DNA of 64,000 nucleotides from Raillietiella orientalis (taxonomy: Eukaryota), in the NCBI GenBank assembly GCA_036172245.1, contig JAYWIR010000013.1, forward strand, positions 1,798,001 to 1,862,000, given 5' to 3'. Of this stretch, positions 20,650 to 33,699 are shown one piece after another; positions within the stretch are counted from its first letter, which is position 1, and the number at the start of each line of letters is the position of its first letter. A program made the position numbers and the translations under genes. The notes beneath the pieces were generated by a model. The model ran no database searches, was not told the origin of the DNA, and saw nothing but the letters and a program-made list of their open reading frames with translations.

Positions 20650-22550
20650 GAGAGCGAGGAGCGGCTGGGCACGCGGGGTTGTCTCCCCCTCGGTGTCACC
20701 TGATGATCTGAGCGTTCCTCCGGAGGAGGATGCTGCTCCCCCTTCCCCCGCTCCACCTCCTCCCTGTTTCGGACCGCGCGGAGGCTGCGGAGACGCCTCG
20801 CGGTGCGATCGAAGGCGAAACCTCCCGCCTCCTTCTGGGGATCTCCTTGCTCGACCACCCTCTGCGCTCGCGGCAGGCGGGGCGGATCCCGGCAGGCCGC
20901 ACGTGCCTGGGCGCGGAACTGGCGTAGACCGCCCGTGTCTGCTCCCGTGAGGGCGAGTGCCTTCCGGCTGTCGCGGTGCTCCGGGGTGGCCGCGGCCACC
21001 CGGTGCTCCCCAAGCCGACGGCGTAGCTGCCGCCTCCATCCCGGTAGCCCCATCGGGCTGAAAAGTCCCGATTGGGTGCCGCCGGGAACTTCTTGCTGAA
21101 GATGCCAGCTTGGCGTTCCAGGCTGCAAGAGCTGGGGGTTTCGACAGGAGTTCCGGATTTGCGCTGCCTGCTGGGAGGGATTTCTTCTCTCGGGCGCCAC
21201 TCCCAGCCCAACAGGAGCTCCGATGGAGGCAGCGAACCTAAGCAACCAAAAGGTCTGCGTGCTCCCGAGACAGCCCGCAGAGACGGTTCCCGTCGGGTGC
21301 GCGGGAACCTCAGCGCGCTTCGCTGTTCCTCTTCCCCGGGGGTTTCTCCAAACGATGCGTTCATCCGGTGTTCCAGGAAGACCTACGAATGGGGCCGAGA
21401 CCCTCACAAATCGAGGGAACGGGGACGGAGTTCTCCTGGCCCATGTACCCTCCCTCTCTCCCTCGCGCTGCCATCTCGCCCCTCCATGAAGATGATCAGG
21501 GCTGGGGAACGAGTGCGGTCGGGGTTCGCGCTCCCTCGACACAAACCCTGCCAGCTCCCAACTCATCCGGGAATCTCCGCGTCTTCCCCCTCCTCCTCTC
21601 GGAATGTCCCTCGGCCATAACGGGACAGGAGCCAGGAAGACCGAATCGAGGCGGCGGTCTGCCACTAGTGAGGAGCCTGAGCGGTAGATGGCAGGCGGAG
21701 CAAACCGACCGACCCGTCCGCATTCCTCCACCGTGACGGCGCATCTGCATTCACTCAGGCTGCGATGGGGAAGGGAGAAGCGTCACTAAGTCGTTCTCTT
21801 CTTTCGGAAAAATATAGATCTCCTGGAACCAGCACCGAGTCCTTCCCGAGAAAGAAAAAAAGAAAAAAACATAGGGGAGGAGGTTTCCTCTCCGAGGACT
21901 TGACGATTCGACTCGTTTGTCCCAGCTGTCTGGGGATAGCATGAAGGACGGAAAACGTTTCCCAGAACGGGACAGAACAGACGATCCCTGAGATCGTGGA
22001 CTCAGAGAGGAGATTCACCTCGGAAGAACCGGTTCATTTCTTCCGCAGGCTCCTTGCCTACACACCAAACGATGCGGAGGGTTTTCAAGGAGGGAAAGTC
22101 GCATTGCTGAGAAGATGAACTTCCTCTGGGCCATCAGGATCGTGCAGCAGTGACGGCGACAGATTTTCGGAGGTGCATCGATCTTATGGTGGCTTAGGAC
22201 TCGTCCGTTTCATTTTCGTCAGCTGAAATGAAACGAGACCGGTGGTTGCTTAGCGAAGTCCGGTGGTTGCTTAGCGCAAAGTCCTCTCGCGAATGGAAGG
22301 ATGGTGCAAGCGAAAATTACGAGTCGTTCATGCCTAGGATCCTCCCTTAGGAAAATTCCACCCTACGGAGAACTTGGCAACGGAACCGTTGCCGTGGAGA
22401 GGACGCTTGTCACTTCCTTATAATTGTGAGTCAATTGTCTTCAGGTTGATTCATGCGAAGCGTGGACTCCTCCGTAACCTAAAGATGGATGACCCGAAGA
22501 TGCTGCCTCGCTCTCGAAACTGGCGGTCCGCTTCCCTCGAAAGGTCGCGC
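20650..22550 (-). mobile_element. Penelope-like element remnant (RT + GIY-YIG endonuclease)
   Basis: Ordered remnants on the minus strand: INLKTIDS...SVAKF (cf. PLRPIVS...LAKF), ESTISGIVC (cf. GSPISG), VTVEE...IYRSGSSLV (cf. FTME...LPFLDV.I.R), VRVSAPFV (cf. VTIPYV) and RQLRRRLGEHR...KALAL (GIY-YIG R.L..RL.EH...SALA). Confidence 0.7.
22239..22276. repeat. 17-bp direct repeat CCGGTGGTTGCTTAGCG x2
   Basis: Exact copies at 22239-22255 and 22260-22276, inside the Penelope-like remnant. Confidence 0.9.
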
Positions 22551-22999
22551 CATGAGCTCTGTCAATCCTTGTCCGTTCAGGGGCACCAGGATTCTGGGAA
22601 AGCGGCGAGGGTGGAAGAAGAGGAAAGGAGGGACGTCGCGAGAAGGGTCGGGAAGGGGAGCGGTGGGGGGGGGGGGAGAGGGTAAATTTGGAACAGTTTC
22701 CGTAGCAGCGCCCTTCCGACGTCGTTGTCTCCATGGAGGCCAGCATGAGATCCAAGAGGGCGAGAGAGGGCATCCACTCGCCCTTGCCATCCTCATTTGT
22801 CCCGCGACCCGACTATCGGTCCCTCCCATCTGGTTGCTGTCAGGACCGGTGCTGAGCCGAGAGATGTCCCTTTTGCCCCCGTCCTCAGAAGCAGTGACGA
22901 CGCGCTTCGACCGGGGTTGGTCAGAGGTAGATCCCCGCGTGCGGTGAGCCGACCACTTCCGGGACGAAACCGGCGGCAGCTCTGCGGCTCGCAAATCGC

Positions 23000-23792
23000 G
23001 AAGACGAGAGACGGGTCGAACCAGACGGTTTTCCATGCGGAACCACCCTTACGGTAACCGGCGGTCATCCAAGAGGGGTGGACAAGGAGGGGGTGGTCTC
23101 TTCCGGCAAGGAGGGATGCCTTGCTGTCTACATGACCTTGACCTGTCCTCAAACTCGAGAGGGTCAGGAAGGGCTCCTTGACCCTGTCTACTCCACCCGA
23201 GGGTGCGTGTCACTTCTCCAGCTAGGGGCACAACGGCAAAGAACGACCCGGGAAGCCGCCGGAGATGGGAGGATTCTGTTCCTCTCTTTCTCTTGGGAGG
23301 AAATCCCGAAGGGAAGAACCTCTTCTTTGTTTTCTCCGGAGGTATACCCCTGACAAGGGGACCGTCCTTTCTTTCCTCCTCCTCTGAAGAGAACCCCGAA
23401 GAGATGCCTCCCCGAAGGAAACACCCTGGAGAGGCAACTTCCCGAGGGGGGTATCAACCAGCTTCACGGCACGGCTCCATTTGCACTACTCGAGGGGGCG
23501 AGAGGGGGGGAATCCCGAAGGGAATTGGCTCCCCTGATTCCTGGGAAGTCTCCTGAGGTTCACTTCAATTTGGGCCGGTCTGCGGGGGAATCTGCGGGTC
23601 TATATCAGTGCCGCCGCACCCGAAGTCAACTGAGACCATCCAGCGCCATCCTGTGGGTGGGGATGGAAACCCACGACGCCTTTCATTTCTCGGCATCGCC
23701 GATGCCCCCCCACCCGGGTGGGATTCGAGCCCACGATGCCGGGTGCCGCTCGCGCGGAGGGCCGCAGCCGCGCGCTGCTGCCAACGTGGGCG
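23000..23792 (-). mobile_element. tRNA-headed repeat (SINE-like or LINE 5' end), copy 1
   Basis: Minus-strand A-box-like TGGCAGCAGCG (23783-23773) and B-box GGCTCGAATCC (23731-23721). Body homologous to 46117-46700 and 40337-39700. Confidence 0.7.
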
Positions 23793-23794
23793 TG

Positions 23795-25450
23795 TTTGAA
23801 CCCTGAAGCTGGGCTTCCCGGATCCCTAAGCAACAACCGACTCTGCGGGAGGAACCAATCGTCGGGTTGCGGTGAGCCTAGAGTGATGATCGTGGGACTC
23901 CAGGGAAGGTGTCGATTGCCAGAGACCAGGAGAACATTGGCAACCAAAGAAAGTGAAATCTCTTCGCGCAGCCCTGGCACCGCCGTGGCCACCGCTGGCC
24001 GTGGCAAGGCCATTCCTGCCTCCAGGTTCGCACTTGTTCCAAAGGACGGTCGCTTACTCGGGTTTTGGAGATGGGTACTCCGCGGCGGGATTTGGGTGAC
24101 TGTAGCGCGCGCTGTTGAAGGGCTTCAGCATGGGTCAGCAGGAGGGCGCCTTTGTCGGCGGAAACCTTCGAAGCAGTAGCAAACTCTCCATCGAGGTCGG
24201 TCCCAGAGGGAGGAAGGGGGTCGTATAAAGAGGAGGACCCCAGGAGCACATGGTGCCCTACTCTGCGACAGATCTAGCCTCAGTTCACACCTTAAGTTTC
24301 TCCTCCTCTGAAGAGAGTTGGACCGACTCTCCTGACTGCCCTTCTGACCCGAGCCGGCAGCATGTGAGAAGAGAGCAACAGCATGGACGTGCTTAGGCCG
24401 TGTCGGGAACCCGTGGCTGGTCAACTCGTTAATGCGCACTTCGCAGTTGTCGCCGTGGGCGGCTCTTATCACCAAGCGGTCGCGGCCGGACAAACGAAGG
24501 AGGCGTGACGCAGAAGTGAGAAGGGGGATGAGGTGACCTCCGACCATCGCTCCGACCATGCCGGGAGTCGTCCGAAGATCTGCTGCTGCAGAGTCCAGCC
24601 GCCACGCTCGATACTTTCTGTCCTTCCAGGGGTCTGGCGACAGCGATGGGGGAAGGAAGGAAGGGAGAAAGAAAACGCCGGGCGGTTGTCTCGTTTCCAC
24701 TGCCAGAGGAGTAGCGGTTCCCTCGCGAACAACCGGGGCGGGATCCCTGGAGTCCCGAAACCTGGGATCGCCCCCCGCGTGGAGGCGGAACGCACTTTGG
24801 GTGCGCAGGGGATGGATGGCGGACGTCCGACGTGTACCCGCTGACACGTACACGTTCCGGGTCACCAGCCAGTATGATGGGGAAATTCCCATGAATCTTC
24901 CAAGAGGATGGCCATAGATTGGAATTCCTTCGGAACGCTCGTGTCACCTGACAAAATCTAGAAGTTAGCTCTCGGTTAGGAGTCCCTGGGGGCCACAGCA
25001 TGTATCCCAGAAGCAGCGATCTTGGGGCCGCCAAGCTCTGGACGACTGCAAAGAGGCAAGTCATCCACTGACCCGAGTTTTGTTTCCCAGTCGCTCAGCA
25101 TGGTGAGCGTGGGCGGCCGGATGAATGGCATATGCTAGGGGTGTTCACTGAGAAATCCAGTCTCGAAAGGAGCACTGAGAAAAGTAGTGGTGTCCTTGAG
25201 GGAGGTGGCGGGCTCACATGGATCACGGTCTGCTCCAGGTGTACGCACTGGGGTGGCGCGGTCGGGAAGGAAGCCAGTCGCCCGAGGCGGTGACCCATGT
25301 GGAGAGCCCGGAACAGGACATCGGGCTCCTCCCTGCCCTCTGCGGGAGCTATCGACCCTTTCAGGTGGTCGCGAATGCACGCACCTGCGGAGAGGAAATT
25401 CCGCACTGCAAAATGGCAGCCCTTTTTCATCCGCTTTGATGCGAGGACGA
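23795..25450 (-). mobile_element. L1/Tx1-like ORF2 remnant (APE + RT, internally deleted)
   Basis: APE: PDVLF, LLSRLDFSV...SSGR, PIILAGD. RT: HGFP..HVHAVALFS, QSRAPCAPGVLLFI (cf. RQGCPLSPLLF), KVSADKGALLL (cf. VSAYADD). Confidence 0.7.
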
Positions 25451-25659
25451 AGCTTCTCCTGACGGACTCATCCTGGAAGGTGCAGCTCGCGGTCTACACT
25501 GCACAAGAAGGATGCTGCCATCCAGTATCATCAGTGGAAGAAGACTGAAGTCAGTCGTCCAGAAGATGGAAGACTTGGGCTTGAGAAAGAGCTGCGGATG
25601 GAGGGAAGCATCCGCGGTGATGTGCCATGGAGAGCAAGCAGCGTCCCGCAGTCCGGGAC

Positions 25660-26330
25660 GTTCTTCTCCCGGATTTGCCTAATCATTTTTTTGATCTGCC
25701 TAGTTGCCGATGCGTAGATACCGCCGAGGTCCACTTCGGCAGCGAAGGGGAAGGAATAAACCCAACAGAATAAATAAAAACAAACAAACGAGAAAAAAAA
25801 AAGAAAGAAAAAGTTTTTCCGGGGCACGGGAACAGTGTGTGGGTGTGGGGGGGGGGGGAATTGGGGAAGGAGTCACTGTTCGTTGCTCGGAGTCCTTAAC
25901 ATCCTGTCTAGGATGCTGGCAATTTCAGTGCGTTTGTCGCCCTGGTGAGGCCATCTTGCGGTCATCCTCGTGAGAATTTTTGTCCAGCGGATGGAGTCCC
26001 TTCCATTTTGTTCTCTTCCTGTGGCATTTTGGGCTGCCAGCATCCCGCGAAAACAGCAAAGAGCTTCCAGACACGCGGCTGGTGTCAGCGCATCGCTCCC
26101 GAAGAAGCGTTTCGCAATGTCCCTGGGCTGTTCAACGGGAACCGGCAGACAGTCGATTGATGTTCTCATACGGACCGAAGGGCAACACAGTCAAGAAGCA
26201 GGTGCGAGAGGGCTTCTCTTCCTCCGCACCTGGCACAGTCTCCCAGTCTCCCTGGTCCAGAGGTGAAGTCGTTCTTTGCATGGAAATTCCCCAAGATGCA
26301 AGATGAGCCACGCCGACTCCTGTCACTTTA
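25660..26330 (-). mobile_element. L1/Tx1-like LINE 3' fragment
   Basis: DSIRWTKILTRMTARWPHQG...SILDRMLRTPSNEQ, nearly the same terminus as the ORF ending at 41929 (SILDRMLRTLSSEQ). T-rich UTR and degenerate stem-loop. Confidence 0.7.
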
Positions 26331-26849
26331 AAGGAAGAGTGGAGCTACCCATGAGGGTAGCGGAAGGCACCAGATCTCCTGGAAGGACCTCCAGAAGTTA
26401 GACCCGGCGTATCAGTCCTCTGATTGGGACACCGAGAGTTGCAGCTTCCTCGTCGTTCACCGACTGAGGAGTTCTCTTCTCGCTTCCAGGCGGTAGGACG
26501 TCTCTCCCTCCTTGCCGGTGTTGCGCCGGCATCTGCTGGTCCGTGATCCCAGATTGCGTGTCACCCGAGCGGCTCCCTGGCACCACGTTCGGAAACTCAC
26601 CCGAACGTGAGGGTCAAGCGACGAACCGTTGTGGCGCAAATTCCGTCCGATGTCCTCTCTGCTCATTGCAGCCGTTTCTTAGATTAGTTGGACTTTAAGA
26701 ATTCACAAGGGACATGCATTTCAGCCTGATAGAAAGCTCTACTTCCATTACACTTACTCTCTAAGGAATGCTAATCAATGAATCAGAGATGAATGCCTTT
26801 TTTTTTTTTTTTGAATAAAGGTCATCAGATATAGAAACGCAGTCACAGA

Positions 26850-29450
26850 GTGTCTAATATTCTTCTCTCGGAAGACCCCTTCATTCGGCTCTTTTCTGCG
26901 GTTCCATTAGTTCTCTCCTTCTGACATGCAGCAGTCAATCACAAGCCGACGTCATCGTCTTCATTCGATGACTGCGTCGAAGTAATTAACAGCGCCAGCT
27001 ATGGATGCAGGTTGACCTTTCCAAACGTCCAGATTCCCTATCGCGATTGCACGTTCTCAGTCCCGCGACCAGGAGACTACGTCCAAATACAAGGGGTGGC
27101 CCAGTGCTCGTTCCATCACCCCACAGCCTGGATCCACGAAAGCAGTCCTTCCTTGGAGCCAAAAAGGTAAGGTGGAGCTTGGAAATTATAGGGTGCACTG
27201 GAAGAAATATCCGGGTCAGCTCAGCCCACTCTTGTTTTTCGCGGAAGAGACTGCTGAGCATCTGATTATCTTCCCCTTTGATTGGATTATAATAATTGGC
27301 GCTTAAGTTTAATCACGAAGGTGGCAGAGGCTGCTTTAGCTGGAGGCAGGAAGTGATGTCAGCGGGAAATGCACCTGCACCTTCCGAGTGCGTCTTCGGA
27401 TCAGAAGCGGCTGATCAAAATGCCTGACCGAGCTGCGAGTTTCCTTCGGGTCCATCGGCAGATCCTCCGTTGCCGTTGTACCCTTCTTCCAGTTTTCCCT
27501 TTCCTGAAGCCCCCAGAAAAGCGGTCCATTTCCGTCTTTCTCGCTTTCTGGCTCCTCCTCCTAACCTATCCTGAATTCCCTTCATCAGACATTTTGATTG
27601 CCATTTTATTTTGATTTATTCTTTCTCAGACAGGTCTTCGAGGATCCCTTTTTTCTAGGTCTCTCATGCCGTCATGCTTCTTGATCTTCCTGCATGATTC
27701 CTACAAGACTCCATTTCCCTAACTCTAGGCTTCTCTACCCCTGTTTCACCAGGAAGACTCGAGGGGCACTGCGTCACTTCTCAGTTCTGTTTTCCCTTCG
27801 AATCAATCGGTGACAACAGCGGTGGCGTCTGACGTTTTTCGCGACATCTGAGCCGTTGCAAGGACCCACCATCGGGAGAGATGTGATGAAGATAAGGGTC
27901 GGCTCGTCGCAAAGATGAGAGCAGAGGTATTTTGGGTGGTCGTAAGAAGGTTCCAGAACGAAGAAGGAGAAAGAGAAAGATTCCACAATGAAGCAATCAA
28001 CGTGGTGGCAAACGGTCTGCATGATCTCCCTGGAAAAGACGGGAACTAAGACGATTCTAAAGGTCTTTTCAGGTTCATTTGCATCTCAAGAACGGCGGTG
28101 CCTCCCTCTGGACAGTGCGCTCATCCCAGGAGGTTCACGTAAAATGCCTCCCTCATTGCGAATCCCCAAGAGCGAAGCCACCTATCTTACTCGTTAGATT
28201 CTCTCACCGGCGCCAGTCCATCTTCTCCAAGTTCGCCACTGTTCCACACCGGATCTCCGTTGCAAGGTCCGTCGCGTGTGGGTGCTCCTCATCCAGTCAT
28301 CAAGTAGCGCAACCAGCGGTCTCGCTACTTGATGACGGGTTTTATGTTGATGGTGTTTTCAGTGGGAAGAGATCTCTTCCTAAGGACGAGACCCACAAAC
28401 TGGGTAGCGTCAACAAGACCTCTAGCAGTGGATGTTTCTGACACGGCCCTAGCAGAGATTCTCTCCCCCGCACTGCTAGTTCAGATCAGGAAAGCAACCG
28501 GGAACATCAGGTTCTGTGGGACTTCTCCGTGGACGTGGGATCGGCTTCACCAAACCAGGATCAAGGGTAGTTTCCGTGGACTCCTGGATCCGATCTCACG
28601 TGGCGTCAAGGGGCGTGCTGCATGTCGAAGACATGAAAAAAGTTGCTACCACCTCCGAAGAAGGACGCCGTCGTCGCCCTCACTGACATCCAGCCTATCG
28701 AAAGGCTGAAGGGAAAGGGGAGTGTATGGGTCCGATTCGGGGAAAAACTCCAGCATTTTTCCCGAGAGCAAAGTTCAGGGGGAAGGGAAAGCTCAGAGTC
28801 CAGAGCGCCAGCTTTGCTGAGCCCAGGGGAGTTCTTCTGTCCGGATGGGACAGATGGCGCTCCAGCTGCCTCCTTGGAGAGAATTCTGGAAGGAATGCCG
28901 GCTGCAAAAGTGCCGCTTGCGGTGACTCCTCTTCTCCTTGAAAAGGGGCCTTACGCACGGGCAGTATCGTAGGCGAGGAAGGCGACTGAGCCGCGATTAT
29001 TGCTAGTTGAAAACTTTTTCCTTGAAAAAATTCTATCCTTCTCACATGAGGAAGCTCTTCCTGAAAATTTTCCTGCATGCTGAAGATGAGGTGCGTCCGT
29101 AGCACGAACCATCATGGTGCCACAGGTCATACCCAAAGATTCTTCAGTCAAACAGGTCAATTCAAACCGAGGGAAGAGGGGCGCCTGCCGGGGAAGGTAA
29201 TCGCGACGTAGAGTGCGACGGGCGAAATCTCGCCCTCGTGCCTCGCAGTATCTCCATGGTGCTGCATCAAGATGCAACATTTTTTTTTTTCTTTTTATAA
29301 GGGAGGACAGCTACCTCAGGAGCGCGCAAGCATCCATCAGGATCGGCTTTTCACCGCGTTTCCGAGGTTTGGGAGATCAAAGCGCAGCTTCCATAGCCAG
29401 CGCGAGAAAAAGAAGGGAAATCTGAAAAATGAAGGAACGCAGGAAGCCAA
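26850..29450 (+). mobile_element. Degenerate CR1/L2-like LINE ORF2 (APE-RT)
   Basis: ADVIVF, TRGGPVLV and ILF-DLFF (APE). NWVAS...AVDV.DT, RGVKG and HVEDMK (cf. YADDMK). C-terminal CNIFFF (cf. RHNFFS). Lower GC than the flanks. Confidence 0.6.
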
Positions 29451-29599
29451 CAGCAGCAGAGGGCAGTTTCGATTTCCAGTGGCTGGAAAGGGCAGGTTTC
29501 CTGGCACGCGAGCTGATGGGTATTGACAGGGCCATCATGAGTGATGGAGACGATCGGGCAGCACCGGACGAAACATCCGGATGGATCTAGACGGATCCC

Positions 29600-29930
29600 C
29601 CTCTGCTGTCAAGTGCAGGAGGCAGGGAGGCAAGAACGCACCAAGGGCATGTCAGGAGTCTGTGACCGCACCTGATCCTCCGTGACAGAGTCTCCTTGAT
29701 TCCTTCCGCCTTCGAGGAACCGATTCGCGGGACCGGGGAGGTAAAATCTTCCAAAGCGCGGTGGATAAACTCCGGACGGATACGCGGGACAGTATTCCTC
29801 CATCTTGACGTCCGCAGCACCCTAGACGATTCTTTCGTTGGGCCGGACAGAAGACGTTCCCTAGGATTAGCAACTCCCCGAGGACGCGCAGCGTGCCGCG
29901 CATGCATGGAAACGTCTCTCCACTGACGCG
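29600..29930 (+). mobile_element. Short non-LTR RT fragment
   Basis: GTVFLHLDVRSTLD (cf. AVFLDVRKAFD) followed by LGL..RG. Confidence 0.35.
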
Positions 29931-31799
29931 CAGCATCCTTCTGAGATTCTCCTAGAGATCTCGGGCACCCCTGGCTCGTCTAATCAGGTTTTCTATCTTT
30001 TTTGCTTCGCTCCGGATTCTAACGGCAGGCGGTAGGAGCGCGCGCGGCACCACCACCGCCGCGTGCAGTTCGGCCGGCGGGTCGCTGGCGCTGCCCCGTA
30101 CGCTCGCCGCCCGAGCTTCTCGCGGAATCGCCTGCGGTCGCCAGTGGACGCGGAGGCACCGTCAGGAGCAGCTTTTGTAGACGCTTTCAGGTTCCAGGAG
30201 CAGCAGCAGCAGCAGCCACTGAGAAGGGAGATTCCGAAACGCTGTTACGCCGCTAGCGAGGGTAGGGGGGAACCTGGGGGTTCGGAACGAGTGCAAAGTC
30301 CCTGTTCGAAGGACGCAAGGGAAGCAGTGCGTTCTTCTGACCGAGGTCCTCCTCCGAAGCCCAGAGTCTAGAAGGAACGCGTGAGCATGACCACACATGT
30401 CCGACGGCCATGGATGGCAGAGAGAGAGCAGAAGAGTCCGCGTCAGCATTCCACCTGTGTTCTCACCCGGTTGTGCCGGGATGTTTCTTGTAAAAGAAAC
30501 AGAAGCGGTAGCTAGAGGTCTTCTGTGAAGGTGCACAGCGCCGGAAGATGTCCGCGCAGGGAAATCAGAAAGTAAGGGGAACAAACCAAAGAAGAAGAAA
30601 GAAACAGGAAATGAAAAGAGGTCCTCTAGCGTTTGAGGGGTGCGGGGAGAGTTACATTACTCTTCCTGGAGGCCTCTGCGTCCTCTCGAGGTAGCCGGCA
30701 AGCCCCTTTCATTTGCTTCTCTGGTGCGGCCGTCCCGCCGCGATCCTCGGGAACCAGAAGCCGAGAGAGACAATAGCGCCTCTGCTGTTCCGACCTCGGT
30801 CGTCGGGGCTTCCAGCCACCGCGATCCCGCGGACGCAATCGCGGTGGCTGGAAGACACGCGATCAGCACGAAGCTGCAATCAGGCGGCGTCCCGCCACGA
30901 GCGAAGAGGCGTCTGAATGAAGCCCTCGGGAGGTCTTCCGGGAAGTTCAGGGACGTGGTCAAACGTCTCTCACACGCCGGAGGGCAACGCGCTCCGCAAA
31001 TGGGTATGGCAGCGTTTTTCTTTTCTGCCACCCCTGGCGCACCTCCCCTAGTTCTGAGGCGTGCGGTGCACGCTGTGCAGCCCAACGAAGCCGCCTCAAT
31101 GCCGGGCCCGCCATTTCAAGGGGTGGAGGGAACTTTCAAAGAACACCGTGGGAATCTCCCATTCCCCCTTCCTTTCCCCAAGGGGATTTGGAGAAGATCG
31201 GCACAGCGGAGAAGTGTCTTGGGGAGGGGGGACGGGGTGGAAGCGTCCAGCATTCTTCCTTCTTTCTTCCTGCCGCTCGAAGTGCATTCCCCATCTTTCG
31301 GGCTGGTGGCTGTCTGACCATCCCACAAGGGCGACGGCAAGAGGGGGGTTACACGGGGTCGGGCGGTCCACCATCTCCTTCAGTGAGCAGCGGGCGTGCC
31401 TGATGCGCCGCAGAGGTTGCATTTCTTCCAGGCTCCTGCCGCTGATCCTCGTTCACGTCTGGACTGCTTCTCTCTTCCAGGCACCGCAGTTCGTCGGTGC
31501 GCAGATGACCCAAGCGCATTGCTGCGACAAGGCGACCATCCGCCGCCAAAGGTGGTGATGTCCGCGTCGGGGAAGTCTTTGAAGCCTGAGAAAGAGGAAC
31601 GAGGGTGAGTCCCACTCTCCTGAGAGGGCTGTCCGCTTGGCCGGGACGGCACGCACCAGCAGGCGCTCCAAAACTTTGCCGCCAAGGACTATTCTTCCGG
31701 GCCAGAGGTAGACCCTTTATCCCTTCCAGTGTGCGGACGCCGAGTCCGCCGTCCCGACGTGGGCGTCAACCTGTACAGCACAGCAACTCACGCGTGCGC

Positions 31800-32000
31800 A
31801 GCGCGCGAGGCTTCGAGGGTTCTCTTCAGAGGAGGAGGAAAGAATAAGGGGCCCTTCCTTGCGGGTTCCTTCCCAAGAAGAAATTTCAGGAGCTACCCTC
31901 ACAAACCGGAGTTCCTTCCGGAGAGAATGAGGTCCCTTCGGAGACAACCAGGACGGGGGGTCCCTACGAAAGAAAGGCCCCTTTTTTTTTCGCAGCGAGC
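31800..32000 (+). mobile_element. Partial body of the tRNA-headed repeat family
   Basis: TTCTCTTCAGAGGAGGAGGAAAGAA...CCTTCCGGAGAGAA matches 46510-46570 and the reverse complement of 23330-23395. Confidence 0.55.
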
Positions 32001-32299
32001 GCTTCCGGTTGTTCGAAGGTCGTCTTCGCGCTGCCGGATGGGTGAGAGACTGTCTTCACTGCGCAGACTGGAGAGAGGGAAGAGGGAACAGGGAGGAGGG
32101 GCCTGGGAGTTCACCCGTTTCGCTTTCCACCTTTTTCTGCCGCGTTAGAATTCCTCGTGGGGATAGGACCCCTGATCGCTTTCCCCGACTCCCTCCCCGT
32201 CCCAGAATCGCCTCCGCGATCTCGTTTATATGATGATCTTAGTGATGATGGTCTCTTGAGATGACCGCGACCTGGATTGACCAACGTCCGCTTAAACAG

Positions 32300-33250
32300 A
32301 TGCTCGGAAATTGCTGCCCCATCGTGAAGCCCTAGGGGAAGACGTTTCTGGGCCTCTTACCGGAAGACTCGTCCTTCCTCCCTCCGTCCGATCAGGTCTC
32401 CACCCGGAGCTGAACCGGAATTCCGGATTGCACTCGCGACCCCTTGAGGACTCAATTCCTGTTTTCTGGGGGACGTGTGCTCTCCTTCCGACCCCAAGTA
32501 GTGCCTTCAGGAGCATCCTGGACGGCACCCACCATGTAGGTCCACCTCGAGGGTCCCGGAAACCCACAGAGGGCACAGTCGAGTGCCCTCTATGGGCTCC
32601 TCCGCTGGCATTGGCAGTAGCCGCGCTGTCCCTCCGCACTCGACGTGGTGTGTCAATTCTTCTCCTCCTCAGCGGCCATCTCTGCCCCCCCAGCTGCCTC
32701 CATTGGAGCTGGGAAGGAGGAGCCAAGGAAGGAGGCACGAGGAAGTCGGAAGCAGCAAGGAATCCTCCGTCCTCGTAGCGCCTCCGGCTATGAAGGCGGG
32801 CAGACGGCTGCCCCGATCTAGGAGCCCTCAAGCGGTACTCCAGATTCTGCTGCCACTGAGGTCCTTACGAAGTTCCAGAAGCTTCCGGGACCCTCGTGGT
32901 GGACTACGTGAGGGATCCTCTTAGGTCATGCCAGACCACGTGGCGCTGCGGGCGGCAGCACCAGGAGAGGCACTGGAGACAGTGCCGCTGGAGGTTGTCG
33001 AGCCCGGCGTCCACCCCCACCTGTCACCAGTCAGAGGACCAGGCTGGGGACGCTGCCGACGACGGGAACCCTTGGTGGCGCTCTCCCACGAAGAAATTCC
33101 GCACTTGCGAGGCTGCCACGCGTACCCGCGCGGTCAGGACGCCGGCCAACTCACATCTGCGAAAGCCGGCGCCGCGGCAGGGCGTGCCGGAGGGACCCCA
33201 GCTGCCGGTCCTTCTTCTCCAGCCTCAAGGCCACTTCCTGCTGAGCCGCC
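32300..33250 (-). mobile_element. L1/Tx1-like RT fragment
   Basis: Ordered remnants: RRVRRD..LLPMPAEEP (cf. RGVRQG..EP), GFPGP..VGAVQD (cf. AYADD) and FSSGWRPDR (cf. ASGARVN). Confidence 0.5.
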
Positions 33251-33699
33251 TGTAGCCCAAGCACCAGCACTGGCCTCTCTCTCTGCTGAAGATGAACGGC
33301 TACCGCACCAAGAAGCGGTTTCCCAGAGCAACCAGGTCGGTTTGACCTCGGTTGCGACCGTGGGGGCGCGGGGAAGTGACCTCGAGTGCCGAAGCTTCTC
33401 GAAAGTTCGCAGCAGTTCCGAGGGAGATCCTCCGGAGGGTGCTCCTTCCTCTCACACCCGGCCTTCCATCGACCACCCGGGCTCGCTGATTGCGAAAGGC
33501 GTCTCCGCGTTGGAGTCCCTGCGGCCCTTGGAACATCCTAGCAGATGGCACCTCGAGATGGCACGCGCTGACCTAAGGACGGATTCTGGTATCCATGCAG
33601 TGCTCATTGAGGAAGATTCACGTAGGTCTCTGGTCACGGTAGAACGGCTTACCTCTTCCTCTTTGTTTTCTTCTTCTCCTGCAAAATAATCCCCGCTTT

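Noticed and set aside
22190..22240. Minus-strand CTGACGA...GAAA and local palindrome in the Penelope-like element
   Set aside because: No stem II or stem I pairing, and the position corresponds to RT coding sequence rather than a pseudo-LTR.
22239..22276. Short direct repeats (also 37105-37145, 18894-18943) as CRISPR-like arrays
   Set aside because: Only two or three units, no unique spacers, eukaryotic context and no cas genes.
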